Of a stretch of DNA of 15,551 bases, positions 1 through 7,717 are shown piece after piece. Within the stretch, counting starts at the first letter, position 1. Each line of letters opens with the position of its first letter. Source of the DNA: Armatimonadota bacterium. GTDB taxonomy: Bacteria; Armatimonadota; Zipacnadia; Zipacnadales; UBA5352. Made by a program: the position numbers and the translations under genes. The stretch spans positions 1 to 15,551 of the forward strand of contig JAYENL010000016.1 in NCBI GenBank assembly GCA_034722055.1. The letters run 5' to 3'. The notes under the pieces are model-generated. The model did not search any database. It was not told the origin of the DNA and saw only the letters and a program-made list of their open reading frames with translations.

Positions 1-217
1 TGAAGATCTGGAGGCTCAGCGCCTGAGGATCGGCGACATGCAGGGTGCCCGCGAGGGCATATGGCCCGTCCACTGTCTCCTCCAGCATGGTGGGCCGGGC
101 CTGCGCGTACGCGGGCGACGCCGCGCGCGCAGCAGCGAGCGCGGCGGAGATCGCCAGCATGACGGCACGGATCCACATGCGCTGAGGGGTCACTGAGATA
201 CGGGTTGTCGCCCCCAT
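1..217 (-). CDS. Secreted hypothetical protein, N-terminal part only (runs off the left edge)
   Basis: Not in the ORF track; translated by hand from ATG at 217 (3 nt after the upstream stop): MGATTRISVTPQRMWIRAVMLAISAALAAARAASPAYA|QARPTMLEETVDGPYALAGTLHVADPQALSLQIF... Open to the edge; Sec-type signal peptide with AYA cleavage motif. Start could also be GTG 193 or ATG 178. Confidence 0.65.
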   Translation of the reverse strand, partial: MGATTRISVTPQRMWIRAVMLAISAALAAARAASPAYAQARPTMLEETVDGPYALAGTLHVADPQALSLQIF

Positions 218-220
218 CGC

Positions 221-781
221 TCAGTCATTGTCGTCGGGCTTGATGATGTACTGGGGCGTGCGCTTCTCGGCCCGCACCGGGACGTAGCGGCTGTTGTTGG
301 TCAGCATGAACTGATCCAGCTTCGCTCCGTCCTCCTTGTTCTGGATGCGGATGATGTGCACACCCGCGCTGAGCTGCAGGCGGGGTCCCTTCACCCAGTG
401 CCACTTCTGGTAGGTCCCGTCCTCGCCGATGACCGTTGCCGGCTTGTCGTCAACGATCAGGAAGAACGAGTTGCCGCAGGAGTCATACCAGTGGCCTCGG
501 GCCCAGAGCCGATAGACGCCGGAGGCGGGGACCCTGATCCGGAACCGGGCGTTGCCATCATCCGACGGCTCCGTCTCGGTCGCGGCGTGCGGGCGGCGGA
601 GCGGGATGTGGATGTAGGCCTTCCCGGAGGCCACCTCGCTGGCGTGCTTCGCCATGGAGGGCTTGATGGAGTAGTAATCCTCTCCCTCCACCACGATCTT
701 GATGGTGGCGGCCCACACCAGACTCGCGGCCACAAGCACAGCCAGTGCGGCGAGCGCTGCCGGTACGATGTAGCGTCGCAT
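221..781 (-). CDS. Secreted protein with a galactose-binding-like / CBM6-CBM35-type beta-sandwich domain
   Basis: Signal peptide MRRYIVPAALAALAVLVAASLVWA; motifs IVVEGEDY, ASGKAYI, VPASGVYRLWARG, NSFFLIVDD, WHW, LSAGVHIIRI, EDGAKLDQFMLT typical of CBM6/35-like folds. SD GGGGAGG 7 nt before ATG. Confidence 0.75.
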   Translation of the reverse strand: MRRYIVPAALAALAVLVAASLVWAATIKIVVEGEDYYSIKPSMAKHASEVASGKAYIHIPLRRPHAATETEPSDDGNARFRIRVPASGVYRLWARGHWYDSCGNSFFLIVDDKPATVIGEDGTYQKWHWVKGPRLQLSAGVHIIRIQNKEDGAKLDQFMLTNNSRYVPVRAEKRTPQYIIKPDDND

Positions 782-783
782 GG

Positions 784-2121
784 TCAGTCCTCCCCGGACT
801 CATCGTGCGAACGTTCCGTATCATCACTGGGGGCATCACGCCCCCCGAATCCGCGCGCGTAAACAGATGCTATCATTGCGAACAGCAGCGCCCACACCAG
901 ACTCGTTCCTCTGACGAAAACACTTGAGAAAAGGTTTACAGCCATGATGGCGTAGACGCTGCCGAGCAGTCCCCAGCACACGCCCATCGACCAGTGATCG
1001 CCGGCCCGCTCCCAGCTTCTCTCGGCCATCCGCCAGAACCCGCCCATCCACGCCAGGAGAGCCACCAGACCCAGAAAGCCCATCGAGGAGCCAATCACGA
1101 GATAAAGATTGTTCGTATCCGGCTCCGTCTTCTTGGCATTGGGCACGTACCCGTAGTACGCTCCTTCGCCGATGTGCTGCTGATAGTTACCGGTGCCGAC
1201 GCCAAAAAGGAAGTTGTCGCTCATCATGATGAGCGCCGGCTGCCACTCCAGCCACCGCTTCTTGATCAGCGGCGGGGGCTCCTCGCCCGGCAGCGTGACG
1301 AGCTTGTAGACCTCCCCACGCTCGATGGGATCGGCCACCTCGGTGAAGAGCGCGTGGCGGCTTCTGGCCGGAAGCACAGTGAACACCAGGGCGATGAAGA
1401 TGCTGGCGCCCAGGAGGTAGTAGCCCATCGCGCGGAGGCCCTTCAGCGCGCTGATGAGCAGCAGCACCAGCGCCAGGACCCAGAACTGCAGCCCGGCCAG
1501 CATGGTGAAGGCCCCCAGCACCACCAGCGCCAGGAACCAGGTCCGGTGCACCGTGTCGCGGATCCAGATGCCCATCCCATACAGCAGGGGGAGGACCATA
1601 GCCAGGTAGGCGCCGTAGACGTTGCGATTGCCGAAGGTGCCGCGCACGTCCATGGGATCGTCGGCCGCGAAGTACTGGTAGGCGGCGAAGGCGATGGTCA
1701 CCGTGGTCGCGACGGCCAGAGCCTTGGCGGCCACCACCAGGCGGTGCTGGCCGCGCAGCAGATCGGCGAAGAGCGCGAACACGGCCACGAAGTAGAGGAG
1801 GAGCTGGGCCACCTCCACGGCCGCGGACTTCAGGGTCGTAGCCCCCAGGCCCGAGAGGATCGCGACCGCCACCAGCGCCCAGATAGCGGCAGGGGGGCGG
1901 ATGATGTCATCCCATCGCCGCCGCAGCAGCACCGAGACCAGCCACACGCCGAACAGCGCCGCGGCGTAGAGGTCCGCGTAGAGGATGAAGGGCCCGTCCT
2001 TGGGATCGAGCGCGTAGGAGAACTGGGTGGGGGCCACCAGGACCAGGACCACCGTCAGCGGCCACAGCAGCTCCTGCAGGCGCTCGCCCAACGAGTTGTC
2101 ATGCTCGGAGACGGCCATCAT
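784..2121 (-). CDS. O-antigen ligase / Wzy_C-like polytopic membrane protein (divergent)
   Basis: About 12 hydrophobic segments; RGTFGNRNVYGAYL and RWLEW..AL.MM..NFLFGVGTGNY ... NNLYL..GSSMGFLG match the Wzy_C/WaaL pattern. Start trimmed from 2199 to ATG 2121 (or 2118), 1 nt after the upstream stop. Confidence 0.8.
   Translation of the reverse strand: MMAVSEHDNSLGERLQELLWPLTVVLVLVAPTQFSYALDPKDGPFILYADLYAAALFGVWLVSVLLRRRWDDIIRPPAAIWALVAVAILSGLGATTLKSAAVEVAQLLLYFVAVFALFADLLRGQHRLVVAAKALAVATTVTIAFAAYQYFAADDPMDVRGTFGNRNVYGAYLAMVLPLLYGMGIWIRDTVHRTWFLALVVLGAFTMLAGLQFWVLALVLLLISALKGLRAMGYYLLGASIFIALVFTVLPARSRHALFTEVADPIERGEVYKLVTLPGEEPPPLIKKRWLEWQPALIMMSDNFLFGVGTGNYQQHIGEGAYYGYVPNAKKTEPDTNNLYLVIGSSMGFLGLVALLAWMGGFWRMAERSWERAGDHWSMGVCWGLLGSVYAIMAVNLFSSVFVRGTSLVWALLFAMIASVYARGFGGRDAPSDDTERSHDESGED
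867..875 (-). promoter_or_regulatory. Candidate extended -10 (TG-A-TAGCAT) inside the 3' end of the ligase-like gene
   Basis: Minus strand reads ...GCAATGATAGCATCTG...; sits in a locally AT-rich patch about 85 nt upstream of the ATG at 781; no good -35. Confidence 0.3.
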
Positions 2122-2122
2122 C

Positions 2123-2806
2123 TCATCCCAAGACGTTCCGCGCCACCGCGATGAGCAGTGCCGCGCCCATGTAGAGGTGGGCCGCGCCCCCCACGCCACG
2201 GGCGCCAGAGAGCGTCAGACAGGTGACCATCAGCACGGTGTACGCCAGCGTACGGAAGATGAGCTCCCCGATGCTGCTGGTGCCGGACAGGTCGTAGATG
2301 TTGTGCAGCCCCAGCCACATGACGCCCGCCAGCACAAGCACCAGGAGGGCCGCAGCCACCACGGCGCCGCGGAAGGGTACCCGGTCAGCAAGCGCCCGAC
2401 GGTCCACTCCGAGCTGCACCGCCAGGAAGAGCGCCGCCAGGATGACACCCACGTGCGCCAGGCTCGGCTTCAGCAGGCCGACTGTACCCATCCCCAGGCC
2501 GGACATGCCCGGCAGCGAGGCCAGTTGCGGGTCGTAGGAGAGGTAGAGCGCCGCTGCCCCGACAAGTCCGAGCGTACCCGCACCAAGCACACCCCGGGCG
2601 TCCTCGCCCCGGCACGCGATCCCGACGACGAGCGCGGCCAGCCCGATGATGCCGAAAGCCACCCACTCCCCCCGACTGAACATGCCCTCCGGCTGCATGG
2701 TGTAGGCAGCCGAGAAGGCCACCACGAGCAGGCCGGCCTGCGCGACGATGGCGGGCCATCGCGCCGGCCGCATCTCCTCGCCGATTCTCTCCCGCTCCGG
2801 CGACAC
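2123..2806 (-). CDS. Hypothetical integral membrane protein (about 7-8 TM helices)
   Basis: 227 aa, almost all hydrophobic helices, GC3-rich codons, fills the gap between lipB and the ligase-like gene; no family recognised. Start uncertain (GTG 2806 or ATG 2773). Confidence 0.7.
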   Translation of the reverse strand: MSPERERIGEEMRPARWPAIVAQAGLLVVAFSAAYTMQPEGMFSRGEWVAFGIIGLAALVVGIACRGEDARGVLGAGTLGLVGAAALYLSYDPQLASLPGMSGLGMGTVGLLKPSLAHVGVILAALFLAVQLGVDRRALADRVPFRGAVVAAALLVLVLAGVMWLGLHNIYDLSGTSSIGELIFRTLAYTVLMVTCLTLSGARGVGGAAHLYMGAALLIAVARNVLG

Positions 2807-2823
2807 GCCCTGTCACCCAGTAC

Positions 2824-2850
2824 GCCGCGGCCGGCGCTGCTGGCCGCGGC
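2824..2850. repeat. GC-rich inverted repeat (hairpin) in the spacer downstream of lipB
   Basis: GCCGCGGCC-ggcgctgct-GGCCGCGGC, a perfect 9-bp stem; no U-tract on either side. Confidence 0.5.
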
Positions 2851-2914
2851 GGAAGTCGATCTGCTCGTAACCCGCATCGTGCAACGGCGCGCCCACAGCG
2901 AGCGCCGCGGGCTC

Positions 2915-2943
2915 ATTGTATTAGAAAGCTGGTTGCCTGAAAA
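2915..2943 (-). promoter_or_regulatory. Putative sigma70-type promoter TTTTCA-N17-TACAAT overlapping the lipB stop
   Basis: Minus strand: TTTTCA (2943-2938), 17 nt spacer, TACAAT (2920-2915); AT-rich island in GC-rich DNA. Confidence 0.55.
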
Positions 2944-3610
2944 GTTCCATCCGGTCCCGGCGGCGCGCGGTCAGGCCGAACACATCCTCAAACCCCGCCA
3001 CCAGCGCCTCCTGCAGCTCCTCGCGCGAGGGCGTGGCGCCCGGAAGCTCGGCCAGCGAGGCCATCTGCCCCGGGCGCAGCCCGCAGGGGTCGATGAGCTG
3101 CCACGCAGCCGGGTCGCAGTCGCGGTTCACCGCGAAGCCGTGCCACGTGACCCAGCCGCGCACCGCGATGCCGATGCTGGCGACCTTCCGGCCGTCCGAC
3201 CACACCCCGGTGAGCCCATCCACCCGGCCCGCGCGGTGCCCCGTATCCCTCAGGGCGCGGATGATGACATCCTCCAGCGCGCGCAGGTACCAGTGCAGGT
3301 CGGTGCGATGAGCGCGGAGGTCCAGGATGGGGTAGCCCACCACCTGGCCGGGGCCGTGCCAGGTGGCGCGCCCGCCGCGGCTGACGCTGTAAACCGGCAC
3401 CCCCGTGGCCTCCAGCGCGCCGCGGCTCAGCTCCGCGTCAATCTCGGCGGCAGTGCGTCCGACAGTGACGACCGGCGGATGCTCCACCAGCAACAGCGTG
3501 TCCGGCACATCTCCTGCCCGACGGGCCGCGACCAGCCGCTCCTGGAGGCGCTGTGCCTCGCTGTACTCGATGCACCCCAGGTCGAAGACGTCGCAGTGAC
3601 GCGGACTCAT
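2921..3610 (-). CDS. lipB: Lipoyl(octanoyl)-[ACP]:protein transferase LipB
   Basis: DTLLLVEHPPVVTVGR, SRGGRATWHGPGQVVGYPILDL, LTGVW, RKVASIGI, VTWHGFAVN, IDPCG (catalytic Cys). True start ATG 3610 overlaps the upstream stop as ATGA; the ORF-track extension to 3901 is spurious. Confidence 0.93.
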   Translation of the reverse strand: MSPRHCDVFDLGCIEYSEAQRLQERLVAARRAGDVPDTLLLVEHPPVVTVGRTAAEIDAELSRGALEATGVPVYSVSRGGRATWHGPGQVVGYPILDLRAHRTDLHWYLRALEDVIIRALRDTGHRAGRVDGLTGVWSDGRKVASIGIAVRGWVTWHGFAVNRDCDPAAWQLIDPCGLRPGQMASLAELPGATPSREELQEALVAGFEDVFGLTARRRDRMELFRQPAF

Positions 3611-4779
3611 GAGCGGTCCTCCGCCACACGCTCGTAGATCCCCGCCAGTGCGGCCAGCATGCGCTCCCGGCTGTGCTCCCTGACCACCAGGTCTCTCCCG
3701 GCCTGCGCCATGCGCGCCGAGACGCCCTCCTCGCGCAGCGCCTGCAGGATGCCCGCTGCCAGGCCCTCCGCATCGGCGGGAGGCGCCAGCCAGCCGGTTC
3801 GTCCCGGCTCGATGAGGTCCACGATGCCCGGCACGGCGCTGCCCACGACCGGCAGGCCCACGGCCATGGCCTCCACCAGCGCGTAGGGCATCCCCTCCCA
3901 CAGCGAGGGCATCACGAACAGGTCCAGCGCGGCGAGGATGCGCGGCACGTCGTCACGGTGGCCCAGGAAACGCATGCGGCGCCCCAGGGCCAGCGCCGCG
4001 GCCCGCTCCTGCAATTCCGCCCGCAGCGCCCCGTCGCCCGCCAGCACGAAGGTGGTATGCGGCATCTCCTCCAGCACCAGCGGCGCCGCCTCCACCAGGA
4101 AGCGATGGCCCTTCTGCTCCACCATGGCGCCCACCGAGCCCACCAGGCGGTGGCGGTCGGGGAGGTCCATCTCGCGGCGCACCCGGTGGCCCTCCGAGCC
4201 GGGATGGAAGACTCGCAGGTCAACGCCGGTACGCACCACCACCGCCCGGCCAGGCGGCACGATACGGTGGCGGACCGCCAGCTCCCGCTCGCTGTCGCAG
4301 GTGCAGATGAGGATGTCGGTGATGCGGCCGGCGAGGCGCTCCGCCAGCAGGTAGAGCACCTGCCGCCAGCGACTCACGTCCATGGTGAAGGCGAAGGCGT
4401 GCGGGGAGTAGATCCGCGCGGCGGGGTTACCTGCCCGCCACGCGGCGAGCCGAGCCAGCATTCCGGCCTTGGAGCTGTGGGCGTGGATGATGTCGAAGGC
4501 ATGCTCCGCGAAGTACCGGCGCAGCTCGCGCAGGGCCCGCAGGTCCTGCCGCCAGGAGACCTCGCGGACCATGTCCACCACCTCAACGGCGACGTCCCCC
4601 TCACGGAGTCGCTGGATGTCCTGCTCGAAGGTGGGATCGCGGCGGACCGAGACCACCGCGGTCTGCTGGAAGCGGTCGGCGGGCAGGCCCAGGCAGGCGT
4701 CCATGAGATACTGGCGCGTTCCCCCCTCCGTGGCCTCCAGCACGTGGCACACGCGAATGCGGCCGCCGGCGCCGGGCAT
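3607..4779 (-). CDS. Glycosyltransferase family 4 (GT-B)
   Basis: DIIHAHSSKAG, YSPHAF, QKGH, FLGHRDDV, SLWEGMPYALVEAMAVGLPVV (EX7E motif). Confidence 0.92.
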   Translation of the reverse strand: MPGAGGRIRVCHVLEATEGGTRQYLMDACLGLPADRFQQTAVVSVRRDPTFEQDIQRLREGDVAVEVVDMVREVSWRQDLRALRELRRYFAEHAFDIIHAHSSKAGMLARLAAWRAGNPAARIYSPHAFAFTMDVSRWRQVLYLLAERLAGRITDILICTCDSERELAVRHRIVPPGRAVVVRTGVDLRVFHPGSEGHRVRREMDLPDRHRLVGSVGAMVEQKGHRFLVEAAPLVLEEMPHTTFVLAGDGALRAELQERAAALALGRRMRFLGHRDDVPRILAALDLFVMPSLWEGMPYALVEAMAVGLPVVGSAVPGIVDLIEPGRTGWLAPPADAEGLAAGILQALREEGVSARMAQAGRDLVVREHSRERMLAALAGIYERVAEDRS

Positions 4780-4783
4780 GGCT

Positions 4784-6439
4784 CTACTGGCTCCCGAAGC
4801 GCTTTACGAGCTTCTCGCGCACGTAGCCGACGACCATGCCGACCTCTTCGATGTGGAGGATAGTGCTGGCAATGAGGTAGGTCGCCACGCCCGAGATGCC
4901 GCAGGCGGCGAGGAAGATGAGCCGCTGGAGGGTGCCGGCGGCGACCAACAGCGACGACGACGCGCTGGCGGCGACGATGACCACGCCAATCATCGCCCCC
5001 GTCGCGACCAGCAGGCGAGCCACGAAGCTGACCACCGAGGCACGGTCGATACGCCCGATGCGTCCCCGGAGCAGCAGGTAGAGGATGACGACCTTGAGCC
5101 CCTTGCTGATCGACAGCGCCGCGGCGATGACCCCCACGTTCCGGTTCAGCAGATGCACGCCGGCGCCTGCGATGAGGATGTGCAGCACCGCCATGGAGGC
5201 ACCGATGAAGTTGGGCGTAGCGGTATCGGACAGCGCGAAGTACCACTTGTTGATGGAGGCCTCCACGGCAAAGAATGGCAGACCGGCCGAGTAGGGCACC
5301 AGCGCCCGGGTGGCCGATACGGTGTGCTCGGGCGTGAACTCGCCGCGCTCGAAGGCGGTGGCCACAATCGGCTTCGCCAGCACGATCATGGCCACGGCCA
5401 GGGGGACGAAGATGAAGGCCATCGCGCGGGTCATCGAGACCAGTGAGTCCGCAAGCCGCTGCCTGTCCTGCTGCGAGGCCCACTCCGAGACATAGGGGTA
5501 GACGACGAGGCTGACGGCCAGCGGGAGGATGAGAGTGGGCATGTCCGCAAGCATCCGGCCGTAGTTGAGGGCCGCGACCACGCCCTCGCCGGCAAAGGTG
5601 CCGAACCGCTTGTCGAAGTAGTTGCGCAACGCCGAGAAAGACAGCCCGACGATCACCGGTGGGATCAGTGAGAACATTCTCCGCACATCGGGGTTGCTCA
5701 GGTCCAGCGAGGGGCGGAACTGCCTCACACGCCGCCACAGCGCAGGCAGTTGCACGAAAAGCCGTGCGACACCGCCGAGCAGCACGCCGACAGCGGCGGC
5801 CTCGATGCCCCCGGGCTCCCCGCTCGGGTAGAAGCCCAAGGCCACCAGCCCGCCGATGGCGCCGAAGATCATCAACTGCCGCGTGGCGTCGGCCATCGCC
5901 GGGACTGTGAACTGCTTGTAGGAGTGCAGCGTCAGCTCCGCCATCACCGAGAGCACCAGCAGCAGGATCGCCGCCGCCGCGATGCGCAGCATCTCTGCGG
6001 CAAGGCCAGGCATCTCCAGAGCCGGGAACAGCACCCGGATGATCTGCGGCGCCCAGATGATCGCGGCGACAGTCAGTGAGCCGATGACGATGAAGACCAA
6101 GCTGGTGATCAAGCTGAAGAGCCGCCAGGCCCTGCGCTCATCGCCCTCCGTCTTGTGGGCCACGAAGATGGGGAGGTAAGTCGGGCGCAGGAGCTTCTCG
6201 GTCTTCGCGTAGGCCTCGAAGACAAAGCCCTTATAGACAATGACAAAGGCGTCCACCGCCGCCTCCGCTCCCCAGTACTTGGCGATGAGGATCTCCTTGC
6301 CCCACCCCAGGACCTTGCCCAACAGCCCGAAGGCGCTGATGACGATGGCCGCCAGCGTCATCTGTGTGCCGGCGCTCTCTTCCGGCGGCGTCTCAGCCCT
6401 GCGCGCGTCCTCTGGTATCTCGTCCACGTCGCTCACCAC
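4784..6439 (-). CDS. MurJ/MviN-family (MOP superfamily) flippase, probably a polysaccharide-locus paralog
   Basis: GKVLGWGKEILIAKYWGA..AVDAF, LFVQLPAL, ALNYG..L..MP, FERGEFT, FALSDTATP; about 14 TM segments. Start GTG 6439/6436 or ATG 6361. Confidence 0.85.
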   Translation of the reverse strand: MVSDVDEIPEDARRAETPPEESAGTQMTLAAIVISAFGLLGKVLGWGKEILIAKYWGAEAAVDAFVIVYKGFVFEAYAKTEKLLRPTYLPIFVAHKTEGDERRAWRLFSLITSLVFIVIGSLTVAAIIWAPQIIRVLFPALEMPGLAAEMLRIAAAAILLLVLSVMAELTLHSYKQFTVPAMADATRQLMIFGAIGGLVALGFYPSGEPGGIEAAAVGVLLGGVARLFVQLPALWRRVRQFRPSLDLSNPDVRRMFSLIPPVIVGLSFSALRNYFDKRFGTFAGEGVVAALNYGRMLADMPTLILPLAVSLVVYPYVSEWASQQDRQRLADSLVSMTRAMAFIFVPLAVAMIVLAKPIVATAFERGEFTPEHTVSATRALVPYSAGLPFFAVEASINKWYFALSDTATPNFIGASMAVLHILIAGAGVHLLNRNVGVIAAALSISKGLKVVILYLLLRGRIGRIDRASVVSFVARLLVATGAMIGVVIVAASASSSLLVAAGTLQRLIFLAACGISGVATYLIASTILHIEEVGMVVGYVREKLVKRFGSQ

Positions 6440-6463
6440 GTGTCGGGCGCACGGGCCCGATTC

Positions 6464-7717
6464 TTAGCGCCTGCGCGTCATCACGGCGGAGAACAGATCC
6501 ACGAGCTTGGTGACGTTCTCGCGGATGTCGAAGCGCGTGACCACCTCGCGACGCCCCTGCTCGATGACCCGCGCCCGCAGCTCCTCGTCGAAGAGCATGC
6601 GCTCCATCTGATCCGCCAGGTCCTCCGGGTCGCCCGGCCCCGCCAGCAGGCCCGTCTCCTCGTGCTCGATCAGCTCCGGGATCGCCGACACCTGCGTGCC
6701 TACCGCCGGCACGCCCAGCGCCAGCGCCTCCAGCAGCACGTTCGGGAGGCCGTCGCGGTCGCCGTCGCTGGCAACCACCGAGGCCAGCACGAACAGGTCC
6801 GCCCGGCGGAAGATCGGCAGGAGCTCCTCGTGCGGCATGGGTCCGTCCAACTGCACGCACTCGCCCAGCGCCAGCCCGGTGACCATCCGCCGCAGGTCCT
6901 CCTCCTCCGGTCCCGAGCCCACGATGCGCAGCCGGAAGTCCACCATCCGCTGCCGCAGGATGGCAGCGGCTCTGAGCAGGATCGGGAAGCCCTTCTTCTC
7001 CACCAGCCGCCCCACCGACAGGATCAGCGGCGCCTGGTCGGACGGCTCCCGCCTCGGCGGCGGCATCAGCTCTACGACGTCCACGCCATGATAGATCAGA
7101 TTCAGCCGCTCGCCGCTGGAGACCGGATGCTGCAGGCGGAGCTGCTCCAGGCCGTGGCGAGTGCACACAGCCACGAACTCGGCCTCTCGCAGCTTCTTAT
7201 CCATCAGAACGGCCTCGTGCGCGAAAAGGTCCCTGGCATGAGCGGAGAACGAGAACGCCGTCTCCAGCATCAGCGCCAGAAGCAGTCCCACCGTGGCCGG
7301 CATGGACGCGAAGTGCGCGTGGACGTGCCGCGGGCGGCTGCCCCGCAGGGCGCAGGCGAGGAACGCCGCCGCCGCAAGCGACCTGATCAGCTCGCCCGCC
7401 GCGCGGGGAGTACGCAGCGCGTTGGCCAGCACAAAGCCCACCGCGGCGGCATAGCCGAAGGGATACAGCGCCACTGCCACGAGCTGCGCCAGCATCGACC
7501 GGGCCGAGAGCGGCGACGGGCGGTAGACAGTGCGCTCGGCCAGCTCCTCGGCGCGCCTGTGCACGACCTCCTCCCCCGGCTCCAGCGACAGGAGCGACAG
7601 CCGGAAGCCCCGGCGCTCCAGCTCCTCGATCTCCCGAAGCACGAAGGTCTCCGACAGCGACGGGAAGCTGCCCAGCACGTAGACCAGCCTGCCCGCGGCG
7701 CCTGCGCTGCTACGCAC
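6464..7717 (-). CDS. Glycosyltransferase family 4, WcaL/AmsK-like
   Basis: FPSLSETFVLREI, HVHAHFA, FSFSAHARDLF, VGRLVEKKGF, DGDRDGLPNVLLEALA. Start moved to GTG 7717 (GGGAGGT SD; 8-nt overlap with upstream gene). Confidence 0.9.
   Translation of the reverse strand: MRSSAGAAGRLVYVLGSFPSLSETFVLREIEELERRGFRLSLLSLEPGEEVVHRRAEELAERTVYRPSPLSARSMLAQLVAVALYPFGYAAAVGFVLANALRTPRAAGELIRSLAAAAFLACALRGSRPRHVHAHFASMPATVGLLLALMLETAFSFSAHARDLFAHEAVLMDKKLREAEFVAVCTRHGLEQLRLQHPVSSGERLNLIYHGVDVVELMPPPRREPSDQAPLILSVGRLVEKKGFPILLRAAAILRQRMVDFRLRIVGSGPEEEDLRRMVTGLALGECVQLDGPMPHEELLPIFRRADLFVLASVVASDGDRDGLPNVLLEALALGVPAVGTQVSAIPELIEHEETGLLAGPGDPEDLADQMERMLFDEELRARVIEQGRREVVTRFDIRENVTKLVDLFSAVMTRRR

Noticed and set aside
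2824..2850. Intrinsic terminator after lipB
   Set aside because: No U-tract follows on the coding strand and it lies downstream of a putative promoter; kept only as a hairpin.
3611..3901. Apparent 97-aa N-terminal extension or fusion on LipB
   Set aside because: Gly/Arg-rich off-frame read of the GT4 3' end; LipB similarity begins at ATG 3610.
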